A stretch of DNA of 63,984 nucleotides, counting the filler, from Folioceros fuciformis (lineage: Eukaryota), in assembly GCA_049999805.1 (NCBI GenBank). It is 9 parts of 9 records of this genome, joined end to end, with 100 filler letters (N's around TTAATTAATTAA, not from the genome) between each part and the next. Parts side by side here need not be neighbours in the genome. Positions count along the whole stretch, not along the records: positions 18,210 to 44,590 come from JBNGIO010003874.1; 8 more parts are not named here. The stretch is one strand, 5' to 3'. The notes below the pieces were generated by a model. The model saw nothing but the letters and a program-made list of their open reading frames with translations. It was not told where the DNA came from and searched no databases. Below are positions 22,098 through 32,900 of this stretch, in pieces (positions within the stretch are counted from its first letter, which is position 1; every line of letters starts with the position of its first letter). The position numbers were made by a program, and so were the translations under genes.

Positions 22098-25000
22098 TTG
22101 CGGGGAAAGAGAGATATGGGTGCCCCGAGTTTGGGGTTATCACATAGTCTGTCAGCATACAAGATGAAATGTTTTCGGGACCCCACACTACTTTGCTTGG
22201 ATATGAGACATGATCAGAGGCGTTTCCTGAGGTTGCCTGATGTTCAACACAGCTGCATCAAATCAGCTTGCGTGGATGATGCACAGCTCGCTGCTTTGGA
22301 TGTGAGGATGCCTCTTCGTGCCTCCAAGTCCAACTGGCGCTTGGGGGATGATACTAGCGGGCCTGCAGGTTGTGAAAGGGACATAACAGCTCAAACCGTG
22401 AGCAGGCTATGCCATCAGGGCTATGTTACTGAATCTGTAGAGGCTTTATCGGTCCTCGTGGAGATAGACGGTCCTGTGTCCACATCCATTTTCTACACTG
22501 TATTGAAGAATTCAGTTGTGAAGGAGAATCTGGTTCTTGGTCGTCGCGTACATGCCTTGATGGTGAGAAAGGGATATGAATCCGACACGTTCCTGTGCAA
22601 TCATGTTCTGCGAATGTATGCCTCTCATGGTTTGTTGCAAGACGCAATGGATGTGTTCACCGGGGTTGCGATACCAGATGCATTCATGTGGTCCTCTTTA
22701 ATATCTGCCCAGGTGAAACTCGGACAAGACATGGAGGCCAAAGAACTGTATCATCGGATGCGGAGGTCAAGTGTGAAGCCAGATGGCCATGTGTTTGTAG
22801 CAGCCCTTCAGGCCTGTGCAAGGGGAGCAGATTTGAGCACAGGGCAGGAGCTGCATGCTGATGTCGTGGCCAGCGGGCTGGAGCATGATATGTTTGTCTG
22901 CAATAGCTTGGTGGACATGTATGCAAAGTGTGGCAGCATGGAAGATGCTCAAAGAGTGTTTGACGGTATTGTCCAGAAAGATGTGGTGACATGGACTGCT
23001 CTGATTGCAGGATATGTGCAGCAGGGTATGGGCCAGGAAGCGCTTCGTCTCTATGGGGCTATGCAGAAAGAAGGCATTGCATTACCCAATTCCGTCACAT
23101 TTGTGTGCCTCCTGCAGGCATGTGCAAGTGTGGGCAGCTCAGCTTTAGAGAAAGTAAAGGAGCTTCATACACAAATTAGAGAAGGTGGACATGAAGCTGA
23201 TGCATTTGTAGCCAACAGTTTGGTAAACATCTATGCCAAGTGCTGCAGCTTGGAAGATGCCCGAAGGGTATTTGATGGACTATCTCGAAAAGACGTGGTG
23301 ACATGGAATGCCATGATAGCAGGCTACTCCCAACAGGGCATGGGCCAGGAAGCCCTTCATCTCTACAGTGCTATGCAAGAAGAAGGCATCATCAGACCTG
23401 ATACTGTAACAATGGTCTGCCTCCTACAGGCTTGTGCAACTGTGGGTTCCATGGCGTTGGAGACAGGGAAGCAGCTTCATACACAAATCAGAGAACAAGA
23501 ATACGAAGCTGATAAGTTTGTAGCGAGCAGTTTGGTGAATATGTATGCAAAGTGTGGCAGCTTGGAAGATGCTCGAAGGGTGTTCGATGGACTTAATGAA
23601 AAAGATGTGGTCACATGGAATACCATGATAGCTGGCTATTCCCAGCAGAACATGGGCCAGGAAGCTCTTTGTCTTTACAGTGCTCTGCAAGAAGAAGACA
23701 TTGCTGTTCCTGATTCTCTTACATTTGTCTGCCTCCTACGGGCCTGTGCCAGTGTGGGCATACCAGCGTTGGAGATGGGGAAGCAGCTTCATACACAGAG
23801 TAGAGAACAAGGACACCAATCTGATGTTTCCGTAGCCAGCAGTTTGGTGAATATGTATGCCAAGTGTGGCAGCTTGGAAGATGCTCAACGAGTGTTTGAC
23901 GGACTTGGTCAAAAAACTGTGGTGACATGGACCGCTATAATCTCAGGGTACGTCCACCAGGGCATGTTCCAGGAAGCCCTTCGTCTCTACAGGGATATGC
24001 TGGAAGAAAACATTGCTGTGCCTGATTCTGTGATGTTTGTCTCCCTCTTCCAGGCATGTGCAAGTGTGGGCACCACCGCTTTGGGGTTTGGGATGGAGCT
24101 TCACACAGAAAGCAGTAGACGAGGACATGATGGTGATGTCTTGGTGGGCAACAGTTTGGTAGACATGTATGTAAGGTGTGGCAGCTTGGAAGATGCTAAA
24201 AGAGTGTTCAACGGACTTAACACAAAAGATGTAGTCTCTTGGAATGCCATGATACAAGGGCTTTCCCAGCAGGGCCTTGCCCAAGAAGCTCTTTCTCTCT
24301 ACAGTGCTATGCAAATGGAAGGCATCCACAAGCCCACTCCCATGACGTTTCTGGGCGTTTTGCGAGCATGTGCAAGCCTAGGCACCCCAGCATTGGAGAA
24401 GGGAAAGGACCTTCACATACAAATCAGGGAGCATGGATACGTAGCAGATGCGTTTGTAGCTACCAGTTTGGTGAACATGTATGCAAAGTGTGGCAGCTTG
24501 GGGGACGCTCAGAGGGTGCTTGAGAGGCTTGATCGAAAGAATGTAGTGACATGGACGGCTCTAATTGCAGGTTATTCCCAACAAGGCATGGGGCGCGAAG
24601 CTCTTCGCATTTATAGTGCCATGCAGGAAGAAGGTATTGCTGTACCGGATGCTGTGACATATGCATCCCTCCTGCAGGCCTGTGCAAAAGTAGGAAGGCC
24701 AGTTTTGGAAATGGGGAGGCAGATTCATCAGCAGATTAGAGAAGACGATCATGAAGATGACGTGTTTATAGCCAGCAGTTTGGTAAATATGTATGCAAAG
24801 TGTGGCAGCCTAGAGGAGGCGGAAAGAGTGTTCGATGATCTTGTGCAAAAAGACGTTGTGACCTGTACGGCTATGATAGCAGGATACTCTCAGCAGGGCA
24901 TGGGGCAAGAAGCACTTCGTGTTTACCGCACTATGCAGGAAGAAGGCATTGCGATCCCTGATTCCGTGACATTTGTCTGCCTCTTGCAAGCATGTGCAAA

Positions 25001-25805
25001 TGTGGCCGCTTTACACGTGGGAAGGGAGCTTCATTCACAGATTGAAGAACAAGGACTCCACTCTGATGTGCTGGTAGCTGGCAGTTTGATGAACATGTAT
25101 AGCAAGTGTGGGAGCATGGTGGAGGCGCAGCAGATATTTGATGCGTTGTCAGAAAGAGACGTCGTCATCTGGAGTACGCTGATTGCAGGCTACACCCATC
25201 AAGGAGACACTGAAGCAGTCTTTGACTTGGTTCATCGAATGAGAGAGGGTGGCGTACAGCCAGTCAGCATGACATTCCTTAGTATATTAACAACATGCAG
25301 CCATGCGGGTCTAGTGAACAAGGGGAGAGAGTATTTTGAGGCCATGAGCAGAGATCACAGCATAAGCCCAACAGTTGAGCACTACACATCCATGGTCGAC
25401 ATCTTGAGCCGTGCAGGCCTACTGGACGAGGCATTAGCCTTGGTCAAGACGATGCCTGTACTGCCGAATGCTGCAGTTTGGCACACTTTGTTGGGTGCTT
25501 GTCGAAAGTGGAGCAACATGGAGCTGGGACTCTATGCTTTTGACCGAGCAGTACAGCTAGACGAGAACGATACCTCAGCATATCTGTTGATGTCCAACAT
25601 TTACGCTGATGCTCAAATGTGGGAAGAGTCGCAGGATATGCAGGCAAGGAGAGTAAGAACCAGGGCACTAAAGCAGCCTGGTCAATGCTGGTGGACAGAC
25701 ATGGAGGGGGTGGTGCATAGTTTTCTGGTCCAGGATACTAATCATTCCAAGAGTCAAAGCATCACTGAAACAGGTCTTATAAAAAATAGAATCGCAGTAA
25801 TATGA
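22098..25805 (+). CDS. PLS-class PPR protein with E1/E2 and a truncated (E+-like) WW-type DYW N-terminus; putative organellar RNA-editing specificity factor; start uncertain
   Basis: Nine S-P-L triplets (SLVNMYAKCG / VVTWTALIAGY / VTFVCLLQACA), L2 CSHAGLV, S2 EHYTSMVDILSRAG, E1 VWHTLLGACR, E2 AYLLMSNIY, then KQPGQCWWTD...VHSFLVQD and a stop. Confidence 0.96.
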   Translation: MRGKRDMGAPSLGLSHSLSAYKMKCFRDPTLLCLDMRHDQRRFLRLPDVQHSCIKSACVDDAQLAALDVRMPLRASKSNWRLGDDTSGPAGCERDITAQTVSRLCHQGYVTESVEALSVLVEIDGPVSTSIFYTVLKNSVVKENLVLGRRVHALMVRKGYESDTFLCNHVLRMYASHGLLQDAMDVFTGVAIPDAFMWSSLISAQVKLGQDMEAKELYHRMRRSSVKPDGHVFVAALQACARGADLSTGQELHADVVASGLEHDMFVCNSLVDMYAKCGSMEDAQRVFDGIVQKDVVTWTALIAGYVQQGMGQEALRLYGAMQKEGIALPNSVTFVCLLQACASVGSSALEKVKELHTQIREGGHEADAFVANSLVNIYAKCCSLEDARRVFDGLSRKDVVTWNAMIAGYSQQGMGQEALHLYSAMQEEGIIRPDTVTMVCLLQACATVGSMALETGKQLHTQIREQEYEADKFVASSLVNMYAKCGSLEDARRVFDGLNEKDVVTWNTMIAGYSQQNMGQEALCLYSALQEEDIAVPDSLTFVCLLRACASVGIPALEMGKQLHTQSREQGHQSDVSVASSLVNMYAKCGSLEDAQRVFDGLGQKTVVTWTAIISGYVHQGMFQEALRLYRDMLEENIAVPDSVMFVSLFQACASVGTTALGFGMELHTESSRRGHDGDVLVGNSLVDMYVRCGSLEDAKRVFNGLNTKDVVSWNAMIQGLSQQGLAQEALSLYSAMQMEGIHKPTPMTFLGVLRACASLGTPALEKGKDLHIQIREHGYVADAFVATSLVNMYAKCGSLGDAQRVLERLDRKNVVTWTALIAGYSQQGMGREALRIYSAMQEEGIAVPDAVTYASLLQACAKVGRPVLEMGRQIHQQIREDDHEDDVFIASSLVNMYAKCGSLEEAERVFDDLVQKDVVTCTAMIAGYSQQGMGQEALRVYRTMQEEGIAIPDSVTFVCLLQACANVAALHVGRELHSQIEEQGLHSDVLVAGSLMNMYSKCGSMVEAQQIFDALSERDVVIWSTLIAGYTHQGDTEAVFDLVHRMREGGVQPVSMTFLSILTTCSHAGLVNKGREYFEAMSRDHSISPTVEHYTSMVDILSRAGLLDEALALVKTMPVLPNAAVWHTLLGACRKWSNMELGLYAFDRAVQLDENDTSAYLLMSNIYADAQMWEESQDMQARRVRTRALKQPGQCWWTDMEGVVHSFLVQDTNHSKSQSITETGLIKNRIAVI

Positions 25806-26189
25806 GTCCGTTATTCATTCCTGTCGATGACATCGTGTTCATGCCTGAAACGGAAGTGAACGGGTTTGATGGACTGTCTGCTGTCAGCAACAGCTCCTTA
25901 CTCAGCCGTCACCAGAGTTTCAGTCCTGTGCGGCTGGAATTAATTGTTAATCAATGGACCTACTGAGTGTGGTGTGTAGGTTATATGAACCGGTGATTGG
26001 AGAAAGCTGTAATGCTTCTTACGATGCTTTCCATAGTCTCTTCAACCACACCATCACACGGACCCCCGCACTGGCCATGCGGTTAGCACCTCTAGTACAC
26101 AAGAGGAGTTTGCTGGATCTTGTTCACACTGGGTTACTCCTTCCATTTTCTCACTGTGGGTTATGCTTTCTTCTGCATGTAGCACAATT

Positions 26190-26392
26190 GCTTGTTTCTC
26201 ATGGTCGGTTGCAACTTGCAGGATGTGATGGATGTGTTCACCGTGGTTGCAGAGCCACGGGCCTGCATGTAGTCCTTGATCCTCTCTGCGCACCATGTGC
26301 TTGTAACAAGCCCTTCACGATCAGACCTCAGAAACAGGAGTAGACTTGAAATCTGGACATGTACAGGAGTTGCATGTTGATGTGTTGGCCCG
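26190..26392 (+). pseudogene. Decayed copy of the N-terminal motifs of the upstream PPR gene
   Basis: TCTCATGGTCGGTTGCAA...ATGGATGTGTTCACCGTGGTTGCAG and CAGGAGTTGCATGTTGATGTGTTGGCC align with 22623-22871, with stops and indels. Confidence 0.65.
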
Positions 26393-27013
26393 TGCGGTGG
26401 AGGGTGATACCTTTGTCCGGAATTGCGTGTAGGAGGGATTTCTGTTCCCAAGGTCAGTCACATGTGTGCCTATTGCATAGAGTCGTCTCACCGACTGTTC
26501 TAATGTGAAGAATATACTTCCAGCGATCAATGAGGCGTACATTAGGCCCAACCATCGGTGTATTGCCTGCTACGGTGATGGGCTAGCGGAGGACAATCCA
26601 TGGCGGCAGCTTTTCCTGCGAAGTAAGTTGTTATGCATAATTTACATGAGCCCGGCAGGGTAGGGCATTCCCAGCAGGGAATGTGGCAATCTCGAGTTGC
26701 AAATGTAAGCAACTGTGAGTAGCACAACAATTCCTTCATACTTCTACTCCATTTTTCTCTGCCCAAGCCTGAGGCGAGGAAGGAGCATTTTCTCGCGATG
26801 CTGGTGATTGGAGTGGGCCTGCAGATGCAACATTGTATCACCCGCAGATTCCTACAAACCAGCGTGCTGAGGATTCTTGGTTGCCAGAGATTGCATACAT
26901 CAAGTTGGAATCCGGTGAGAAAGCGGAAGGCGAAAGTCATACCAGGCGATCTAGCGCTGGCAGGGCGGCTATGGGGAGAACGAGTTTCAGTGCGAGCTTT
27001 GATTAGCAGGGCG

Positions 27014-27922
27014 ATGAATCTGAACAAGAAACAAGATCTTTGGTCATGCAGCTTGCAAGAAGACGGAGGCAAAGAAGGTGAGGAGCAGGAGGCTCTACTG
27101 CGGGACTGCCTTAAGAGGCAACTGAAGGAGCTGGAAGCAGTACGTTCGGTCTATCCGGATGAGTTTTGGATGACGGATGACGAGAGTTTTTCGTTGGAAC
27201 TTCTGTACCTATGGAATCAAGAAGCGGAGCCTCCACCAGACCTAACGTTGAGTTTCTCAGTTCACCTGGCCGCCATGGGAGATGGGAGTTGCGGCCAGGT
27301 GAGTATCCTCATGTCCTTCCCCCGGCCTTACCCTATCCTGGAACCAGTATCTGTGACAGTGGAATGCGAAGCCCGTGTTTCCAAGAGCCGTCGTACGCTA
27401 ATCAACTCGGAAGCTCAAGCTGCAGCAGATAATATGGTTGGTGAAGAAGCTGTGCTGCTAGTGTTGCAGAGAGTGCGACAACTTTGTTCTCATTCGGGAG
27501 ATCCTGCAACCCCTTCACCGCAGGTTGTGTCATTCCCTCCCTCTCCAATGCTGGAGCGCAGGTCAATCTACTTCCACCATATCAAATCTTCTTTGAAGAA
27601 GCGGTGCATCAAAGAGTGGGGTGCAAAACTCGATCTGGGTGGCTATTGCAAACCTGGATTTCCAGGACTTCTCATATTCGAAGGTGAGGCAGAAGATGTT
27701 GCGGAGTTCGTGAGACGGATCAGGAAATTGAAATGGCAGTTTATGCAAATCCGAGCTACAGAGCAGGAAGAACCAATTCAAGGTCAGGGAGTCGACGCAC
27801 TGCGAAGGTTTCCCTCAGGCATTAAAGAGCTCCCGGAGACGGCGATGGATGAGCTAGCTCGGAAGTGTCGGGATGCTAAACTCGAGCATCTTTTGCTCAC
27901 TGCATTGAAAATATTTCGTTGA
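27014..27922 (+). CDS. RWD domain + DUF1115 protein (RWDD2-like), intronless; ORF open back to 26798
   Basis: QLKELEAVRSVYPDE and FPRPYP RWD motifs; C-terminal IYFHHIKS..KKRCIKEW...LGGYCKPGFPGLLIFEG...IRKLKWQ as in RWDD2A/B. Confidence 0.85.
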   Translation: MNLNKKQDLWSCSLQEDGGKEGEEQEALLRDCLKRQLKELEAVRSVYPDEFWMTDDESFSLELLYLWNQEAEPPPDLTLSFSVHLAAMGDGSCGQVSILMSFPRPYPILEPVSVTVECEARVSKSRRTLINSEAQAAADNMVGEEAVLLVLQRVRQLCSHSGDPATPSPQVVSFPPSPMLERRSIYFHHIKSSLKKRCIKEWGAKLDLGGYCKPGFPGLLIFEGEAEDVAEFVRRIRKLKWQFMQIRATEQEEPIQGQGVDALRRFPSGIKELPETAMDELARKCRDAKLEHLLLTALKIFR

Positions 27923-28371
27923 AAGCTCGTCACACAACACAATAGGTACAGCTTCTATTTAGCACGGCTAGCAGCTAACCCCAGTTGACAAACCGACGCT
28001 CTAAGAATGGCATATACCCCCGTAAAGGTCTGTAAAAATGGAGGACATTAAATTTCCGTGGGTGGCGGGACCTCATTACTGACCTCATTGACATAACTAC
28101 ATCGGGAATGAAATTTGTCTATCTATCCGCCTGTTTTACAAATTGGTGGAGTTTGCTTATTTTGTCTAGTCGATTACTATTTGCAGCGCGAAGTACATAT
28201 GTATGGTGGGATGCACCACAGAGTTATTATCCCTAGGTCGCTGAAGTACGTCTTTTGGGCATCCCATATTGCCGGGATGGCCTAGGCCTGCGTCCACCAT
28301 TGTTGCAGTAAAACAGGGCCCCGACAACCATAGTTGCACCTCTTGGTGCATCCCTACAGATGGTCAACTTT

Positions 28372-31065
28372 TCAAACCATGGTGGTAGGAACCAAACCAA
28401 GGTCAGTACGTTTGAGCTCATCCGAAAGTGCGGGGCGATCTGACGACGTAGAGGTGTTGCCGGATCTCACGACGACCTGCCACCTGAAGTCTGCTTCGGT
28501 TCTCTCGTACTGCTTCTTGGGCAGGAGCAGTTGTGGAACAGGCTTGAGGGCATTCATGGGAGACGCAGGGAGATTGGCCCACAGCCAGGATTCCGCTGGA
28601 GATGGCGGCAGAGGGGGTACCATGTGCAGGACGCTCCTGGGAGATTCTTTCTCTTTACGATTGCGCGCTGCCAGGGGCCATCCTTTGCCGGCCGACACGA
28701 CAGAAGCAGACTCGTCTACATCCGTGGACATGCTGCGCCCACTGCTGGTTTGTGAAGATGAGCTCTCCCGCTGCACCAACTTCGTGTCAGAGATGGACTG
28801 GGCGTCAGAGTCGTAGATGAAGCTGTTGTCGCTGCTTCTGTTGGATTCAGCACCCTCCGAGCGGTCGAGCAGAAAAGGTTGCACTCCATCGCCGTGCTTG
28901 GACCCAGCGTTGCTGTGTCTTGGAGGGCTGGATGCGCTGCTTGTTTTGGGAGAAGTAGCCACCCGAGTAACACCGGGGCACATGTTGACGTTCCGAGACT
29001 CTGGCTTGGTCCACCTCTCGATTGCCAGGAAATCCTCGAGCTTGGCTCTTCCTTGCAAGCCATCAGGGACTCCATCCGAGCTGGAAGAGCGGTCCTGCGA
29101 GCCCGTAAAATTTCGTCGCCCAGATCTGATAGGGACAGGGTCGGGGTCGGGGTCGGAGGCCCTACTGTTGGCAGGCACCCCTAAGAACCCTTTGACCTCG
29201 TGTACCGGAGATGACAAACTTGGGCTGCCAATGCGGTGAGTCGGTGTACCAGCCTTGCTCGCCAACAGAGCCTCCTGAATCCCAGCAAGCGGGTTTGAGC
29301 TGACGTCATCGAAGTCAGCACTACCAGACCTCTTGCCTCTACGGATCTCATTCACCACCTCCGGGCCATCCTCAAAGAAATGGCTGGTCACGAAATGAGA
29401 GGGCGCGCTCCTTGCCAAGCTCGCGTCTGCCTGGATAAACTTTTCTTGAACGTTGGAAATGAAACGAGGTGCACTCGTGTGCGGGCTCTTGCTCACCATC
29501 TTGAACTGGTTTTGCGTCTCCACCACCTCCATCAACCTCCGATCATCCGATTCATCATCTCCCGACCAGAACTCGCTCCGGACGTCCTCAAATTGTGCTT
29601 CCTGCTCGTACGGATGTAGTCCACGGGGACTGCAAACCAAGGGAGACCGCATGTGCGGACCCCGGATCTTGGGTTTGAGAGGAAAGCACAGATTAGACTG
29701 CCCAAACACCCTCGCCACTCCACGAGGAAGGATTCCGCAACCTATCTTGACAGCCAGGTTGGACACGTGGTCACGCTCTTCATCGTCCTCCTCCTCCTCG
29801 TCCTCCTCCTCCTCCACTTCCAGCTGCTTGACAGCAACAAATCTGGAAACAGGGCGCGCGGCAGAGAGAGCGCTCCGCCTGCGCGAATGAAGACCAAGCG
29901 GGCGCCGATCAGGAGAATCGGACTCCTGAGCCGCAATCCTCCCTCCATGCTCCTTGGTGTCGCTTGTCATGGCCTTGGCGGCCGGCAGGAACCTCTGCAA
30001 GATGAAATCCCGGTTCGATGGATCCGATTCAGCCACAGACGGCCGCCCGCCTTGCGAGACCCCGCTCATAACGCTAACAGGATAGCTGGTCTGAGCGAAG
30101 GTTTCCGCTGCATCCGAAAAGACATCATTATCCTCACTAGGCGAGACCGCAGGGCCTCTCGCAAGCCGCACCCTTGTAGCAACAGCCACCCCCGCATTGG
30201 CAGGGGCCCGCGGGGAAGAACTGATGGAAGAATCGGAAGAGAAAACGTTGCTGCTGCTGAAGGACTGCTTGCACAAATGCGCTCTTCTCTCCGCTGCCCG
30301 ATCGCGAGCCGGGGAACCAGCCCGATCCGACGGTTCGCTGATGGCGCTCAGCGCAATCTCCCCGAAGAACGACCGCTTTGTCACTCTTTCCTCGAATGCC
30401 CGTAAACTGGCCACATCTTGCCCGGTTCCCCGATTCACCGCCATCTTCCCTCGGCTGGCATTCCTGTGCGCAGTATTCTTCGCTCTGCCTCCGTCGCCAG
30501 CAGCGGGAACTGGAGCCTTGTATTTTCGCTCTTCTTCAACAGCGTTCACATGGTTCCCTTCCTCTACTTCCTCCTCCTCATCCTCCTCCACCTCCACGCT
30601 CCCTTCCACCTCCTCATGATCATGCGTATCGGCAAGAACGGGAGCTGCCGCCGTGGCAGCCGGAGCAACAGCAGCAGTAGTAGTAGCAACTGCTCTTCCT
30701 CTGCCTCCTCCAGCTCCCCCTCTCCCTCGTGCACCAACGACAGGAGAAGAAGGCGGTGGTGGAAGATGTGGAATTATGGAAGAAGAAGGCTCCCCCTGCT
30801 TAGCCTTGGACACCCCGGGAGCCCGCTCCCAAAAGAAAGGCACAGCACCAGGACTCCTCACGGAATCGGTATCATCAAAATCCAGACTCGGCGGCGCAAA
30901 TTCCGAGCCAACAGCACTAGAGCTCCTGGCAGAAGACGCAACCGATCCCGAATCCACATCAAGCTTAAATCCGTAGTGCCGCCGGACCGAAATGAACGGT
31001 GCATTGTAGTCCAGCTGCTGCTGCGGCACTTGAAGCACTAAAACTCCAGCTCCGGATCCCTCCAT
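28372..31065 (-). CDS. DUF688 family protein, intronless, largely low-complexity
   Basis: LDYNAPFISVRR, PGAVPFFWERAPG, RDFILQRFLPAAKAM, CGILPR and PPLPPSPAESWL blocks typical of plant DUF688 proteins. About 900-codon open frame. Confidence 0.85.
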   Translation of the reverse strand: MEGSGAGVLVLQVPQQQLDYNAPFISVRRHYGFKLDVDSGSVASSARSSSAVGSEFAPPSLDFDDTDSVRSPGAVPFFWERAPGVSKAKQGEPSSSIIPHLPPPPSSPVVGARGRGGAGGGRGRAVATTTAAVAPAATAAAPVLADTHDHEEVEGSVEVEEDEEEEVEEGNHVNAVEEERKYKAPVPAAGDGGRAKNTAHRNASRGKMAVNRGTGQDVASLRAFEERVTKRSFFGEIALSAISEPSDRAGSPARDRAAERRAHLCKQSFSSSNVFSSDSSISSSPRAPANAGVAVATRVRLARGPAVSPSEDNDVFSDAAETFAQTSYPVSVMSGVSQGGRPSVAESDPSNRDFILQRFLPAAKAMTSDTKEHGGRIAAQESDSPDRRPLGLHSRRRSALSAARPVSRFVAVKQLEVEEEEDEEEEDDEERDHVSNLAVKIGCGILPRGVARVFGQSNLCFPLKPKIRGPHMRSPLVCSPRGLHPYEQEAQFEDVRSEFWSGDDESDDRRLMEVVETQNQFKMVSKSPHTSAPRFISNVQEKFIQADASLARSAPSHFVTSHFFEDGPEVVNEIRRGKRSGSADFDDVSSNPLAGIQEALLASKAGTPTHRIGSPSLSSPVHEVKGFLGVPANSRASDPDPDPVPIRSGRRNFTGSQDRSSSSDGVPDGLQGRAKLEDFLAIERWTKPESRNVNMCPGVTRVATSPKTSSASSPPRHSNAGSKHGDGVQPFLLDRSEGAESNRSSDNSFIYDSDAQSISDTKLVQRESSSSQTSSGRSMSTDVDESASVVSAGKGWPLAARNRKEKESPRSVLHMVPPLPPSPAESWLWANLPASPMNALKPVPQLLLPKKQYERTEADFRWQVVVRSGNTSTSSDRPALSDELKRTDLGLVPTTMV

Positions 31066-32827
31066 CAATCCGATCAATCTTGGTCGCTCCTCTTCCTCCT
31101 CCTCCTTGATTTCTTCTTTCCCTTTCTTCCCCCTCTTGCTCTTGCTCTTGCTGCTCCTCCTTGTCTCACCCGCTCCAGCTCATCTGACGGCTCCAGTTCC
31201 TTGTGCCATTCTTCCAACCACCGATCGTTTCTGCACAGATCTCGCAAAAAGAGGGAAGTCCAGCGGAATTACTCGCGTCTGCAGCCTTCCGTGCTTCCAC
31301 CGCCCCTGCCACACCCGCAGCCACTGCCAGAGCCTGACTCGAGGCCTGAAGCCTGTGAGCGCGTCCTTGTCCTGAGCCTGCCGCTGCGCTCAGAGAGCTG
31401 TCTGCAGGTTTGCAGCAAGCGCCACAGCCAGCGAGCGGCCCCCGCGCAGAGAAGGAGGTCCGGGCCCGGACCGGACAGGGGCCGCGCCGAACCTATGAGT
31501 CGGCAGAGGGTGGGAACCGGAGGCCCGCATCATTGGCGGGTCTGCCCTCACCAAGCCCCCCCACAGCTGTCCGGATGTATTCCCTTGCCACCAACCGGGG
31601 AGCAGTAGAAAGCATCCAGGCGGAGGGCATTGTGTGGCAGGCGACCCGCGACGACCAGGCGGCTAGAGTAACGCGGCACGTCGCAGGCGACAGCATCCCG
31701 TGACTTCCACCAACACACGCCACACTCCCCGTTGATTCACTTCCCGTCGCCCCCCGCACTTCATGCCGACGCCTAGGCGACACCCAGACCCCCTCCGTGC
31801 GTTGCCATCGTTTTGCCGACCCTACTGGCGGGCCTCCCCCGGCACCTGCCCTCCCTCACCGACGCGGTCTGTGGGGCCACACCGGCACCGAGCCTACTTC
31901 CCGAACCTCCGTTTCCCGGAACAAGCCTGATGCCCGCGTGGTGCGAGGCAAGCTTGGGGGAAAGGATAGGCGGAGAGGCTTCTTCCTGGTGATGGTGATG
32001 GTGATTTGCGCCGTTCCGATTGGGGGGTCCCAAGCGAGTGGGAGTCGGGCAGGCAGGGGCCAGGCAGGGACATGACATGCAGCATGTAATAACCATGATT
32101 GAAGGCATGAAGCGGTCGTGATCCAGCAGTAAAACGTACATAGTGTGTAATAACAAAAACAGTAGGGGGCAAAGTTGGAGGTGCGGAGGCGGGTTTGGTT
32201 GGGAAGTCCTGACCACCTGGGTCCCAGCGCACGCGGATCGGCGCACTGGCTCTGCTCTGATGAGAATGGAGGGCGGACGCCTGGCTGTGGCCGTGGCCGT
32301 GGCCTGGCTCTGGCGATGATGAGATGGGCATCCCGATCGCAGGAATCGAGCCACGCAGACTCGGCCAAGCTTGTGTCAGACGCACACAGGGAGGTCTGGA
32401 GACGGAGACGTGAAACAAGCCAAAGTCACAAAGCTCGGGCCAAGGGCCCGCGGGCCCCAAACTGTGACACAAGAATCCCCCTTGGCCCCCTTCCACATCC
32501 GCTTCCCCTTCCCTTCCCTGCCCTGCCATTTCGCACCTGCAGGTCAGGCCTGACATTCCAACCGCAGTAAAGCTGTCCTGACCCCGGTCAGTCCAACAGC
32601 ACACATATCTGTAGCTGGCAAGCAGCAACTTGGAAAGCGCAGTGCCGTGCTCCTTCCTCTGCCCCTGCTGGCCTTGTCTGGCCTCGACTGACAGCCTACT
32701 GTATAGAACTTTGCCACTTTCCGCCTTCTTCACACCACCTTTCCTGGCAATTCTTGAACCTTCCGAAGGTTACTAAAACCCTAACCCTAACTTAGGAGTT
32801 TGGAAAATTCAGAGAGAGTTCAAGAAG

Positions 32828-32900
32828 TGGAGATGCGGGGTATCGATCCCCGTACCTCTCGCATGCTAAGCGAGCGCTCTACCATCTGAGCTACATCCCC
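32828..32900 (-). tRNA. tRNA-Ala (anticodon AGC)
   Basis: GGGGATGTAGCTCAGATGGTAGAGCGCTCGCTTAGCATGCGAGAGGTACGGGGATCGATACCCCGCATCTCCA forms a cloverleaf with a G3:U70 pair. A T4 run lies about 20 nt downstream. Confidence 0.97.

Noticed and set aside
28334..31041. Long plus-strand ORFs opposite the DUF688 gene, and minus ORFs opposite the Root_cap genes
   Set aside because: Antisense shadows of GC-rich coding sequence with no recognisable motifs.
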